NCBI RefSeq assembly: GCF_036321535.1
Contig: NC_087437.1
Location: 7,750,001-7,814,000, forward strand
Length of the DNA stretch: 64,000 nt
Reading direction: 5' to 3'
Source: Camelus dromedarius
Lineage: Eukaryota
How positions within the stretch are numbered: the first letter of the stretch is position 1; each line of letters starts with the position of its first letter. Of this stretch, positions 1-13,749 are shown piece after piece. The notes beneath the pieces were generated by a model. That model made no database searches. It was not told the origin of the DNA and saw only the letters and a list, made by a program, of their open reading frames with translations. A program made the translations under genes and the position numbers.

Positions 1-3000
1 AGACTGTTTTATATATAAAACATTTTATATATATGTGAACCTCATGCGAGCAAAAGCCTGTAGTAGATACACAAAAGATAATGAGAAAGGAATCTAACCG
101 TAATAGTAAAGAAAACCACCAAAATACAAGGGCATAAAACAAGAGAAGAAGGAAGAAAAAGAGAAGAACTATGAAACAAAAAACAGTTAATAAAATAGTG
201 ATGAGTGCATATCTATCCATAATTTGAATGTAAATGGACTAAATCTTCCAGTCAAAAGCCATAGAGTGTTTGAATGGATAAATAAACAAGACCCATCTCT
301 ATGCAGCCTACAAGAGACTCTCTTTAGATGTAAGGACACATACAATTAGAAGGTGAAGGGATGGAAAAGGTGTTTTACACAAACGGAAACCAAAAGAAAG
401 CTGGGTAGCTATATTGATATGAAACAAAAGAGACTTTAATAAAACAATAGTAATTGTTTTACTATTACAGTAGTAATGAGACAAAGATAGGCATTACATA
501 ATGATAAAGGGATAAATACAACAAGAGGATATAACATCTGTAAATATTTATGCACCCAACATAGGAGCACCTAAATACATAAAAGAAATATTAACAGACT
601 TGAAAGGAGAAGTAGACAGCAATACACTAATACTAGGGACTTTACTGTCCCACTTACATCAATGGATAGATCATCAGGAGAAAACCAAGAAGGAAGCATT
701 GGCCTTAAACAACACATTAGACCACATGCAGTGAATACATATATACAGAACATTTCATCCAAAAGTGGCAGATGGCACATTTTTCTCAAGTGCACGTGGA
801 ACGATCTCCTGGATAGATCGTATGTTAGGCAGCATAACAAGCCTCACTACATTAAAGATGATTGAAGTCATATGAAGCATTTTTTCTGACCACATGGTAT
901 GAAACTAGAAATCAGTTACAAGAAGAATACTTACAAAATCTCAGATAAATGAAGATTAAACAACATACTACTGACCATAAATGGGTAAATAAAGCCATCA
1001 AAGGAGAAAATTTAAAAATACCTTGAGGTAAATGAAAATACAACATACCAAAATCTGTTGAATGCAACAAAAACAGTTCTAAGAGGGAAGGAAGTTCACA
1101 GTAATACAAGTCTGCCTCTAGAAACAAAGGAATCTCAAATAAGCAACCTAACTTTCTACCCCAAAAAACTAGAAAAAGAATAAACAAAGCCCCATGTTAG
1201 AAAGAGGAGGAAAATAGTAAACAATTAGGGGAGAAATAAATGAAATAGAGACTAAAAAAATACTGGAAAAGATTAATGAAACTAAAAGCTGGTTCTTTGG
1301 AAAGATAAGAAAAACTGACCAATCATTAGCTATATTCACTAAGGGGGAAAAAGAGAAGGCTCAAATAAATAAAATCAGAAATGAAACAGAAGACAAAGCT
1401 GATGCCAAAGAAATGCAAAGGATCATAAGAGAATACCATGAACAACTGTATGCCAGCAAACTGGACAAGCTAGAAGAAGTGGATAAATTTCTAGAAACAC
1501 ACAGTCTTCCAAGACTGAATTGCGAAGAAGTAGAAAACCTGAATAGACAAATTACTAGTAAGGAGGTTTAATCAGTAATCCAAAACTTTCCGACAAAGTC
1601 CAGGACCAAATGGCTTCTTTGGTGAATTCTACCAAGCATCCAAAGAAGATTGAATACCCATCCTTCTCAAACTCCTCTCAAAAATTGAACTTACTTTATG
1701 AGGACAGCATTACCCTGATACCAAAATGTACAAAGGTGCCACAAAAAAAGAAAATTATTGACTAATATTCCTTATACACATGGATGTAAAATCCCCAACA
1801 AAATATCAGCAAATCAAATACAGCAATACATTATAAGGATCATACACCACGATTTAAGAAATAATGAGAAATATTTCATGTGATACACCACATTAACAAA
1901 GTGAAAGATAAAAATCCTATGATCATCACAATAGATGTGGAAAAAGAATTTGAAAAAGGCTAACAGTCATTATGATAAAAACTCTCAACAAAGTGGATAT
2001 AGAGGGAAGGTACCTCAACGTGGTAAAGACCATATATGGTAAGCCCACAGCTAACATCTTAGTATGTATCTGAAAGCTTTGCCTGTAAGATCAGGAACAG
2101 GACAAGGAAACCAACTCTAGTCTGTCTTTTTCAACATAGTACTAGAATCCCTCACCAGAACAGTTAGGCAAGAAAAAGAAATTAAAATCATCCAAATTAC
2201 AAAGGAAGAAGTAAAACTGTCACTATTTGCACATGACATAATTTTATATATAAAAAATCTTAAAGACACACCAAAAAAAGTTTGGAGCTAATAAACTAAT
2301 TTGGGAAGGTTGTAGGGTACAAAATCGATTTACAGAAATCTGTTACATTTTTATACACTAACAATAAATATCAAAAAAAAAAAAACTTAAGAAAACTGCT
2401 CCACTTACAATTGCTTAAAAAAGAACACTGTACCAAGGAATAAATTTAACCCAGGAGGTGAAAGACCTGTACACTGAAAACTATGAGACATTGATGAAAG
2501 AAATAAGAAGACACAAATAAATGAAAAATATTCTATGCTCATGACTTGGAAGATTAATATTGTTAGAATGTTATATTACCCAATCAATCTACAGAATCAA
2601 TACATCCTTTATCAAAATTCCAAGGGCATTTTTCACAGAAATAAAACATACAATCCTAAAATATGTATGGAACAACAAAACCCTGAATAGCAAAAGCAGT
2701 CTTGAGCAAAAAGAGCAAAGCTGAAGATATCACACTCTCAGAATTCAAACTATATCACAAAGACATGGTAATCAAAACAGCATGATACTGACATAAAAAC
2801 AGACACGTAGATCAATGGAACAGAATAGAGAATCCAAAAATAAACACACACATGTATGGTCAATTAACTTACGATAAAGAAAGCAAGAATACTTAATGTC
2901 CTTAGAAAGGACAGTCTCTTCAATAAATGGTGTTAGGGAAACTGGACAGCCACATGCAAAAAAATGAAAATGGACTACTATCTCATATGCACAAAAATTA

Positions 3001-4606
3001 ACTCAAAATGGATTAAAGACTTGAATGTAATACCTAAAACCATAAAAACTTGAAGAAAACATAGACAGTAAACTCCTTGGTATCAGTCTTGGTGAGGATA
3101 TTTTGGATCAGGCACCAAAGGCAAGGACAGCAAAAGCCATAGTAAATGAATAGGATAATATCAGACTAAAAAACTGCACAGTGAGGGAAACCATCCAAAA
3201 AAAAAAAAAAGTGAAAGTTTAACCTAATGAATGGAAGAAAACATTTGCAAATCATATATTCGCTAGGAGGTTAATATCCAAAATACATTGAGAACCTGTA
3301 CAACTCAGTAATAGAAGCACAGTAGAGCAGAGGATATGGACATTGGGTTTTCCGAAGAGGACATATAGATGCCAGCAGGCACACGAAAAGGTGCTCAATA
3401 TCACTAATCATTGGGGAAATGCAAGTCAAAACCATGAGCTATCACCTTACACCTGTTAGAACAGTTACTATCAAAAAGACAGGAAATACAAGTATTGATG
3501 AGGATGTGGAGAAAAGGGAAGCTCATACACTGTTGATGGAATGCAAATTGGTACAGCTACTGTAGACAACAGTATGGATGTTCTTCAAAAAATTAAAAAT
3601 AGAGCTACCATACGATCCAGCAATTCCACTTTGGGGTATTTATCTGAAGAAATCCAGAAGACTAATTAGAAAATACATATGTACTTCTACATTCATTGCA
3701 GCATTATTTACAATATCCAAGATACAGAAATGACCTAAATCTCTGTGAATGGATGACTGGATGAAAAAGATGTTGCATATACAGTCCTCCCTCCATATCT
3801 GTGGCTTCCACATCTGCAAATTCAACCAATCTGGATTGAAAGTATTTGAAATATATATGTATTTTTAATTTCCATAAAGCAAATTTGAATTTGCCACACA
3901 TTAACAACTATTTACTTCACATTTACATTGTACTTACAACTTTTTACACATTTACATTGTGTTAGTTATTAAAAGTAATGTAGAAACGATTTAAAGTATA
4001 TAGAAGAATGTGTGTAAGGTTATATGCAAAAAGGTTATATACTAAGCCATTTTATACAAGGGGCCAGAGCACCTGCAGATTTTAGTATCCTCGGGGGCCT
4101 GGAACCAACCCCCCACAGATACTGAGGGGCAGCTGTATAGACAGCGGAAAACTACTCAGACATTACAAAAATGAAATACTGCCACTTGCAATAACATGGA
4201 TGGACCTTGAGGGTATTGCACTATGGAAAACCAAACTATTAGGACAGGCTGGTGGCCGCCAGAGAGGAGAGGGTATTGGGAGCTGGGCAGAATGTGTGAA
4301 AGGGGTCAAGAGGTTCATACTTTCAGTTATAAAGTTAGAAAGTCATGAGGATGTAATATACACCATGGTGACTATAGTCAGTCATATTGTATTGCATATT
4401 TGAAAGGCGCTGAAAGAGTCACTCTTAAATTTTCTCATCCCAAGGGGAAATAATTTGTGTAACTGTACAGTGGCAGACGCTAACTAGACTCACTGTGGCG
4501 ATCATTTTGACAGTACATACAAATACCAAATTCTTCTGTTGTACACCTGAAACTAATGTAATGTTGTATGTCAGTTATACGTCAGTTTTTTAAAAAGGAA
4601 GAAAAA
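1..4606 (+). mobile_element. Decayed LINE-1 (L1MA9-like): inter-ORF spacer, frameshifted ORF2 (~195-4200) and 3' UTR with A-rich tail; runs off the left edge
   Basis: Endonuclease start (ttgaatgtaaatggactaaat, LNVNGLN; aatatttatgcacccaac, NIYAPN). RT motif mutated to FAHD at 2226-2237. Typical 3' end tgttgtacacctgaaactaatgtaatgttgtatgtca. Many stops and frameshifts. Confidence 0.95.
3782..4135 (-). mobile_element. Non-autonomous Tc1/mariner Tigger-family element (MER2-like) nested in the L1
   Basis: Imperfect TIRs cagtcctccctccatatctgtgg and ccacagatactgaggggcagctg, flanked by TA at 3780-3781 and 4136-4137; L1 sequence resumes on both sides. Confidence 0.85.
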
Positions 4607-4868
4607 AGTGAAAATCATAGACAAATTGGGTGCGTCCAGATGTCAGTTCATTGTGGTTTTATATCCTTTTACTTTGCTAACCTCTGGTGTCTTCTCCCAC
4701 CCCCAAGACAGACATAAATTAGCATCCTCTTGACCTCGTCAAAATTCTCTTGAACTTGGGTAGTCATTCATTGTATCTAAGCCAGAATATCGGCTTAACA
4801 AATTTTTTTTTCAACAGTCTTAGAGACAAGGTTTTATCTTGAATTTTATTTCCCACTCTTCTTGGTTC

Positions 4869-5021
4869 TTTTTTTTAAAAATATTTATTTTTTTTTTTTA
4901 TTTTGGGGGGAGGTAATTAGGTTTTTATTTATTTACGGTTTTTTGGATGGAGGTACTGGGTATTGAACCCAGGACCTCATGCTTGCTAGGCATGCACTCT
5001 ACTCTGAACTATACCCTCCTT
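4869..5021 (-). mobile_element. Camelid tRNA-derived SINE (Vic-1 type)
   Basis: Reverse complement has a tRNA-like head with A/B boxes (gggtatagttcagagtagag...gggttcaatacc), acctaattacctccccc and an A tail; TSD-like tcttggttctt/tcctggttctt. Confidence 0.9.
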
Positions 5022-6100
5022 CCCTTTCCTGGTTCTTAAGTTTTGGAAATCTCTGGGGCTTAGAAACCATTTCTGATACTGCCTGCTCATTGACAGATGA
5101 TGATTTTACTCTCAGAGGGACTGATACCTGTAAGAAAGATATATAAGAGTTTGGTTTTTTTTTCAGGCTGCTTTCCTCTACTAAACTAGCAGAGTCTGGC
5201 TTGCCTCTCTTATGGTTGCCCCTAAATCTTCTGCTGTTCTTTCTTGCTACCATTTCTACTGTGCTCCAGGCATCAAGATGTTTCTCTAGGTAGAAGACAG
5301 TACCCACCTCTTACTAGTCGCATGACAAAAGAATGGAAACCCACTCCTGTTTTTATACCTTTAAGCTCCTACAAAGATTCCTGTAAAATTTGGGGTTTGG
5401 CTTGCCAGCAGTTTCAGTGCATCTCCTGCCAGGACTCCCTAGCTGACAAACTTATTTTTATAAGCAGTAAAAACTTCCCTGCTGTTTCCTACAGTTTTCT
5501 TCCTGCTCTTCCTTCTTTTAAGTGAGTTTAAACTCATCTACATTTTATTATAATGTATTTGGAAAATGTTTAAACTAACATTTCTCAAAGCATGTTTCCC
5601 AGAACTTTTATTCTATGAAATATTTCACAAAGGTGGCCTAAAAAGGATCATTGAGAAATAAGTCAAAATATAAGGAATAAAAAGGTATATTGCCTCTAAT
5701 AATGCATTTTCACAATATTCGTATTGTTGTTTGTACTGTTTAATATTTATTAAGTTGGTGTGTGCAGTTAAACCCATATGTATATTTAACATATGGTTTA
5801 TATTCTGTTTATAGAGTAGTATATTAAATTGGCATTTTATAATCAACTAGGTCAGAATTATTAAAAAGTAGTTCAACAAGAAGTTTTGGAAAGAGAGGTT
5901 TTTAGATAGCAAAAAATAATGTTTTTCAAAATATTTTGTTATTTGTACAAGTGTGAGATGATGTGGTTCTTTTCTTTTTTTTTTTTCATTTTGGCATGAT
6001 TTATTAGGCAGAAATAGATAAGCAAAGATATCCTCCAAATTTTTTGTTCTTTTAAACAATATATTGGACATTATGGGTACTTTAATTACTTCTAATGTGC

Positions 6101-6191
6101 TTTATTTTTTTAATAACATTTTCATTGAAGTCTAGTCAGTTTACAGTGTTGTGTCAATTTCTGGTGCACAGCACAATACTTCAGTCACATA
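6101..6191 (-). mobile_element. Short L1 3' end (camelid/artiodactyl type)
   Basis: ttgaagtctagtcagtttacagtgttgtgtcaatttctggtg matches the other young L1 tails in the window; attacttc on both sides. Confidence 0.75.
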
Positions 6192-7029
6192 GGGTGATTA
6201 CTTCCTAAATGGGGAAAAATTAAATGTTCCATGAAAAAGAAATATACAGTCAAAATGGAAGCTGGGAGATAATATATCTCTTTTGGAGGGTCACAATGTA
6301 CTTTTAGCATTATCAATCCTCTAAGAAATTTAGCGATAAAGAAATCTGTTTAACTGTGATTAGTACAGCATCTCCTAAATTTATTGTTACCTCAGGGCTC
6401 GTTCCTTTCCTGACCACTTAGTAACAGGCCTTTGGGAAGGCCGACTTTATAAACACCCTCCCCTGACAAACTCACCGTAAAGAAAGTATCTGAGTGTAGC
6501 TGTGCTCGTCGGAATGTACATATGAGTGGTGAGCGTGAATCTCTTCTAACTACCCTCTTCTTCTTAAAAGAAATTGTTTGTAAGCCACATTGGTTCTTTA
6601 GGACCAATAGGGCCCAAGCTTTGGCTGTAAGTTACAAAGTGGTTATACAGTTCCTTTTACTTTGAAAACCATCATATTTAAGTTAGCTGCTGATTCAAAG
6701 CCTTACAGAAGCTTAAAATAAAGAGTGAACTGGTGATTCCTCTAATTCAGTCTTAGTTATGGGTAAGAAACTGAGCCCTAGTGCCCAGGGCCCCATAATT
6801 AACTGATGGCAGACTCGGGTCTCCTGGTTGTTAGATCAGCTTTCTTAAGAGTGTATGATCGTGATTCCATTTTCTGAAAAATTCCGCTCAACTTGCTTTC
6901 CTTTATTAACAGCAATGAGGCAGAAAATGAGAGAAAGATTGCCAACTTCCCTTTCTTCCCTGAATGCAGATAGTAATCGTTTGAATCTCTGAAATCTTGG
7001 CTGGTAAAACTGTAGTGTACCTGTAGTCC

Positions 7030-7517
7030 AACAGTCACTTTCCCATTTCCTGACGACCCGAAGAAGTCAGTTTTGTGCAGGCAGCAGTGTGCCCAGACCC
7101 AGGGAAGTAATTATGAATATTTGAAGCCAGGGGTAATTCTCTTCACCTTGCAATTTCAGGTGTGGGGGTGAGCATGTGACTGGTTCTGTCCTATAAGATA
7201 TTAAGAGATCATTTCCCTGGGGCTTCTTGGAAATCATTTTTACCCTGAAAAAAAGAAAGAGAGACGTGAGGGGAAAATACTCATGTCCCTATTCCTTTCT
7301 TTCCCCCAGGGATATGTGGCTGGGAGGGCATGATGTGGGTAACTACTGCAGTCATCCTTAATTATTAGAGGAGATGCAGAGAAGAGGATGTGGGTGTCAG
7401 AGCAGAAAGTTGAGATGTTGTGTCTCCGGACTCTTTGCTAGGTAATGAAATAATGTTCCTAGCATTGGAACCACTGGTAATTGGATATTCTGTTACTGAT
7501 AGTTCTGTCATTCTAAA
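7030..7517 (+). mobile_element. Old MaLR solo LTR (MLT1I/J-like)
   Basis: gagcatgtgact...ggggcttcttggaaa and a terminal ccactg...ttctgttact segment typical of MLT1 LTRs. Confidence 0.6.
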
Positions 7518-8870
7518 AATTAAAAAAAAAAAAACCATAAATTACCATGCTGTTATCCGTGGTAATCTGTGGCCACTTCAGAGGTCCTAGATACACCTGT
7601 TTCCAAGAAACAGAAAGCTCTGTCTTCTGTCCTGTCATTTCCCTGGGAGCCTGTCTAGGGAGTGGTTTGCACATACTTCTTATCTGCTGTTACAACCACA
7701 AAAGCTTAGAATCACAGGCTACCCCAAACCAGTAACTCCGATTGACTTGGTCTCTAAGAAGTCCTGAGAAAGCTGCGAGTCAGAGGGAACGTGGTGTGCA
7801 ATTGTACCTTCAGTTTACTCTGTAGTTCCCTCAGTCACAGAAGGACAGTTGAGAGTCGTGTGAGAGAAACGGCAGTCACACACTGTGTGCTTCTGTCCGG
7901 GACCACACATTTCACACATGCACCATGACCCACCAGCCAGGCACCCCAATTGTTATGACAATGTCCAACACCCCAGGCATATTCAAAAGGCATTTTTCTC
8001 AAAGTTATATTTTTAAGGTTATACTCTGTGTTGATTTCGGTAGTTCTGGCTCACTGGTTCTTAGTGGGGACAGTATCACACAGAGGGACCATTTTAGGAA
8101 TATGTGGGTTTAACTTTAATTCATTAATCATCACTACCATCCCATCCTTTGGTGTTTATTTCATGCCTTTAGACCACCATTCACATATTGTCAAATGATT
8201 TACCCCAACTAATGAACAGAATTCTTGTAAGTGCAGTTTTCTTATGAATATGTGTATTTTCATCATTTCTGATTATTTTATTTCTTTCTCCTTTTGTCTG
8301 CAGTGCTGTGTTAACCAATGCTTCTGTGAACCTTCCTGTCCCTAGACTTCGCTATCTCAGAATCTTTATTTCTTCGTATCATTTAATTTTAATTACATAG
8401 TTAAGGCAGGTAAATCTGTTTACACATAAGGAGGAAAGGGGGGAAAACAGTAAACAGTTTATCCAAGATCTAGCTAATAGCTGACCAGTCTAGGACTAAA
8501 ACCCAAAACCTGTCTGTAAAACGGGCAAAATAGTAGCATGATTGTGAGGCTTTCGGGAAGTGATTGTATCAAGAAATAAGCTCACTCACTCTTTAGTCAG
8601 TAGTAATGAGTATTGCCAATAATGTCACCAAGTCCATATTTCTTCAGTTTGTTTTGATATCCACTATTTTCAGAAAAATGAGCACTCTTTAATATATACT
8701 GATAATCCAGCTAATCATGGAAATAAAGCAGACCAAGAACATTTCACATCCTTAGCTCTTAGGAACGCAGGTGTCTGGGGCATCATCTATCATGTAAAGG
8801 ATGTAAGTCTTTATGCAGCCATTCCAACAGACTTGGATCAGCATCCTTTTAGAAAAATTGAGGGAATTTA

Positions 8871-9003
8871 ATTTTTTTTTGGTCTTTTTTTTTTTTTACA
8901 TATTTTTATTTTATTGATTATTAATTTTTTTTCCCCTTAACAGAGGCACTGGGGATTGAACCCAGGGCCTTGTGCTCTACCACTGAGCTCTATCCTCCCA
9001 CCC
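8871..9003 (-). mobile_element. Vic-1-type SINE, internally deleted
   Basis: gaggcactggggattgaacccagggccttgtg-ctctaccactgagctctatcctccc preceded by a T-rich tail. Confidence 0.8.
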
Positions 9004-10216
9004 TACTGAGAGAAAGTGTCTTAAATACCATCATCTTCCATCTACCTAAGTCAGGCATCCTTAATCTGCAGCACTCTAGTCGGGCATGCATCGAGCCATT
9101 ACCAACCAACATGAGAGGCGATGATTCCAGTGTCTTCTCCCATCCAGTCTTCAGCACTTCTAGCTGATCTGCATTTCAGCTCCTCTCCCTTTTCCCTGCC
9201 CAGCTCTTATGTGCCCTGAAAGCACAAGATAATCTTCCAGTAACAGTTGAGAGTCAAACCTTGAATCACCAGCTTTAGAGCAACAGGCTTGTCTAGTCAA
9301 CAACTTTGTAAGTTTACTGGATCTGTGTTCAGTTTCTAATAGTATTTTAGAATACATGTTTATCTTGTAAAACTTCTCCACAAATTGTCTCTTTCTTATG
9401 CACCATCTTCATAAATATGCCTTTTTCCATTTAATGTGGAACCAGGGAGTGATGTTCTTATCCCATTTAACTCCAATTCGTTACTCTTTGGTAGAAACTC
9501 AAGCCTCCAAAGAAGTACTTTAATTCTTTTGGCATTCTTGAGTACCTTTTTCTGTTAGGATAAAATAAATAAATCCCAGTGGAACCTGAAAAAGTATAGT
9601 CGTTTTATTACTATTTCATTGTACAAGCAAACCCAAATTTATACTCCTTATCCTCAGAAGTGAGAAGGTGTCATTTTCCCCCCTTAATTAAATGACTTAA
9701 AATTAAAGATAGAGACTTTGAGACTGGAGGGAAAGACTTTGAACAATAAAGTTGAAGTTTCATAGTGATAAGGGACTTAAAGTAAATTCTACCACTGAAT
9801 ATTTGGACATCGTGGAATTCCTGGGCTACGTATTTAGAAGTTTTGATTAGTTAACATTTGTTTCTCTCTTAGCATTTGAATCCCTCCCTCCCTTCCTCTC
9901 TCCCCGTGGTGGTACCATTCTTCCTCCCCTACTCTCACATACTCACATTCTCCCTCCTCGTCTCAGTCTGCCTTTCAAACCTGGGTTGGTGATGGAAGTC
10001 CACACAGTGCATCCCCATGTCTGCACACCTGCACCCCCACACCCAAAGCCATAAGCATGTTGAGTTATTCCGTTTAGCCAGTCACGCTGATCTTGGATTG
10101 AGTCTTGGGTCTCTTATCAACAGTAGCTCAAGGTGGCATTCATAGCCAGGGCTCAGGCTTGACCTTCGTCCCATGTGGCCTTCTTAGCCCAATGCTGACA
10201 GTATTCCCAGTGCCTC

Positions 10217-10656
10217 TGTTGTGGGAGAATAGGTTCTTGCCTCTCCAGGAAAGAATTCAAGAGCAAGGCATGGTAAAGTGAAAGCAAGTTTATTTATAGA
10301 GATACACACTCCATAGGCAGAGTGCAGGCCATCTCAGAAGGCAAGAGAGAGAGCGACCACGAGGTGTGGAGTTGTTAGGTTTTATGGGCTCGGTAATTTC
10401 ATATGCTAATGAGTAGGAGGATTATTCCAACTACTTTGGGGAAGGGACAAGGATTTCCAGAAATCCCCCTGCCCCACCCATTTTTGGACCTTTTACGGTC
10501 AGCCTAGGAACTGCCATGGCCCTATGGCTGTGCCATGAGGCTCAAGGTCAACTGGAAGTCAAATATTCCACCATCTTGGTTCTAACCAGTCTATCCTGTC
10601 CTCAGTTCCTATGTTATTCCTTCAGTGATTGCCCTGTCCCCTTTCCTCCCACTTCA
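10217..10656 (-). mobile_element. ERV1-class solo LTR
   Basis: TG...CA ends, near-identical 4-bp flanks cctc/cctt, minus-strand polyA signal (gtttattt), aggaaagaattcaag and catatgctaatgag segments typical of MER4-group LTRs. Confidence 0.7.
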
Positions 10657-10810
10657 CCTTCATCAACAGATAACATATTTGAAGTATCACATAAATGGAA
10701 TGTATTGTCATGGGCATTAATCACTGACTAGAAACAAATCAGTGCCCATTTGGCTACTGACCAGCTATTTTCAGCTGAATAAATCCAAGCCTGAGGATAT
10801 AGCAATAATT

Positions 10811-10838
10811 AAACAAACAAACAAACAAACAAACAAAA
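10811..10838. repeat. (AAAC)n microsatellite
   Basis: About 6 direct units. Confidence 0.9.
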
Positions 10839-11631
10839 ACCAGAAAATTAACCTGCCCCTTAAGATTCCCAGAGAAGTGTGACATATCCAATATCTTATC
10901 TCAAAAGTGAAGAGATTTTATATGTCAGAGCGTTTTTAAGGGAAAAAGAGTGCATTGAAAAGTAAGATACTGTTTTCATTATTGTTACTAGAAGTTCCCA
11001 GATTAGTTGGCTTCAAAGTACTTACTTAAGTACTTAACCAAAAAGTTACACTGCATTTATTTTGCAAGTAAACTATAGTTTAATTATTGCTGCTTTAGGC
11101 CGTTCACCATTCCACATGGGAAGAGAAAGTGCTCTGATAAATCAGCTGTTGTTATGTAACCACGTAAAACTGCAAAGCAGAGTGTTTTCTTCATTTGATT
11201 TGTTCAAAAATAGCAATTAATATTTTAGGCTAGAATAATAGGTTTATCTTTGATTATAAAAAGTACTTTATTCATCATTTCCTACTAGACAGACGTGTAG
11301 ATTTTTGGAAATAGTCCCACTGTCTTTGCTATGAACAAAATCCTCCTCAACGACAATGTTCTAACAAACCAACAGATTACATTTTCCAGGCATTTTATTT
11401 GGATTAGTTTAATTTCTTCTCTATGGGTATATTATGCTAGTTATATAAACTTTAGAATAGAAACAGCGGAGAAGAGCAAATGGCCTTCAGTCGCAACCGC
11501 TCCTGCCATGTTAGATCTTTCTTGTTGCTCTTTTCTCTGCTTCTGTTCATGTGGTTGTAATCATAGTCTACACAAATTTCTGTGCCCCCTTTTTTCCACA
11601 TAATATTTTAATAGAAATATTTCTCTGTGTT

Positions 11632-11705
11632 TATTTTCATTGAAGTACAGTCAGTTACAATGTGTCAATTTCTGGTGTACAGCACAACGTCCCAGTCATG
11701 CATAT
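11632..11705 (-). mobile_element. Short L1 3' end
   Basis: ttgaagtacagtcagttacaatgtgtcaatttctggtgtacagc; tgtgttta duplicated on both sides. Confidence 0.75.
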
Positions 11706-11883
11706 TGTGTTTTATAAATGTTTATAAACATTCAGTAGTTACATGATTTTCATCATGTAAACACACTATTCTGTTTACTTAACCATGTCTTAGTTGTTAC
11801 ACATTTAGGAAGATTTTTATTTGTTTATTTGTTTGCCCCTTGAATAAAAAAGTCTTAATGAACATATTTGTGAAAAGTATCCT

Positions 11884-12222
11884 AATTCACTAAGCAAATT
11901 GGTACTGAATGCCTTTTGTTGGCCATGCACTGTTCTAGACGTTAGAGATAGAGCCGTGGAACCAATGAGGATCCTCTGATTTATATTCTAACAGGAGACG
12001 ACAGGACACAACACGATTACATAGAACAGACAGCATATCAGAGAGTGGTGAGTTTCATGGGGAAGATAAATCAGAGACAGAGAAGGAATGAGCTGTGATT
12101 TTAAGTGAAATGGTCAGGAAAGTGACTTGAGAAAAGGCATTTAAATAAAGACAGAAGAGTATCAAGGAAGCATGTATTGATAAACGTTCCAAGCAAAGAG
12201 AGCATCAAATGCAAAAGACCCT
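11884..12222 (-). mobile_element. L2 3' relic
   Basis: tactgaatgcc...gcactgttctag...tggtcaggaaag...gcaaagagagcatcaaatgcaaaagaccct is the usual antisense L2 pattern. Confidence 0.65.
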
Positions 12223-12377
12223 ACTCCTTTGTTTAGAATTGTTTTAATGAGTGGAGTTGTTGGGCCAGAGACTGTTAATATATGCACTTTATAACATGTT
12301 TTCAGTTTTATTTTTACTTACATTATCCTTAGAGCATTTATGGGTTAATAAAACTCTAGTTGAAATGCAATTTTTTT

Positions 12378-12801
12378 AATGCCGTTTGCAGCAACATGGA
12401 TGGCCCTGGAGAATGTCATTCTAAGTGAAGTAAGCCAGAAAGGGAAAGAAGAATACATATGATATCACTCATATGTGGAGTTAAAAAAAAAAAGACAAAT
12501 GAACTTATATATAAAACAGAAACAGACTCACAGACATAGAATACAGACTTGTGGTTACCAGAGGGGAGAAGGATGGGAAGGGATGAACTGGGAGTTCAAG
12601 ATTTACAGATACTGACTAGTATATATAAAATATATAAACAAGTTTATACTGTATAGCACAGGGAACTATATTCAGTATGTTGTGGTAGCTCACAGTGAAA
12701 AAGAATATGAAAATGAATATATGTATATTCATGTATGAAGAATTATGCTGTACGCAGAAATTGACACAACATTGTAAACTGACTATACCTCAATAAAAAA
12801 A
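12378..12801 (+). mobile_element. 5'-truncated young camelid L1 (end of ORF2 plus 3' UTR)
   Basis: atgccgtttgcagcaacatggatg...aagtgaagtaagccag, ends ctcaataaaaaa; TSD aatgcaattttt on both sides. Confidence 0.9.
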
Positions 12802-13749
12802 TTTTAATGCAATTTTTCATGCTAATATTTATTACTATTTAGTAATAGCCATTGTGAGAAGTTCTAGGTGCGTATCATTTTCTGAATTTTTTTAAATACT
12901 ATATAAGCACTTAATAGAGTAGTTCAGACAAAATAATGTTAATCAATATTGTATTATTATCCTTCATTCCTTTTTTCCTTGGGAGACTAGATATATATGA
13001 AAAATAGAATTATATTTGCCTGACAAACCAGAACTGATTTCACAGCGTGTCTGCGTTGCTTTTAAATCTGAAGCATTTGTGAGGCGGCAGATTTGGAGGA
13101 AAATTGTCTTAGCGCACATCCGAGAACGACGCTGCCCCTGGCTTACAAATTACTGTAAATAGACTGTGAGAAGGAACACGTGCTCATAAAATATGAAACA
13201 ATAGTGCTTATTTTGAACAAGGCAAGGAAATTAAGAATGGAATATTACTAAAGTTAGAAACCGAGAAGAAAATTGTGAGTTCTTGATTTAGAAACTCACT
13301 GTAGAGTAATGAGGGGTTTTTTTCCATTTGCCTCTTACCAGACGTGAACTCTGCTATGTCACTCTCTCCTCTGCCCACTTTTTCCAAGTATGTTTTCTTG
13401 CAGTATAAAAAATATATATATATGTTCTCTAAGTAAGTATGGCATGATTTATGTGGCTTATATTTCCCATTTCAATTCATGCATTTAGCATTTGTCACTA
13501 GAATAATCTTTTCTTCCATTGCCCCAATTGTTTTAAGATAAATAAGTATATAAATACCTTTAAAACCCAAATATACATTGAATATATTGAGAAGTTGTTT
13601 AAATATTTTAGATAACAGAAAATATTATGGTCACCTGGGCCGAGATGTAACTCATTACATGTGTATTATATTACACAATTCATTACATATTTGTTGGGGA
13701 CCAAAATAATGTCACCCAAGTGACTGCACATGGCAGTTCCTCAGCATAG

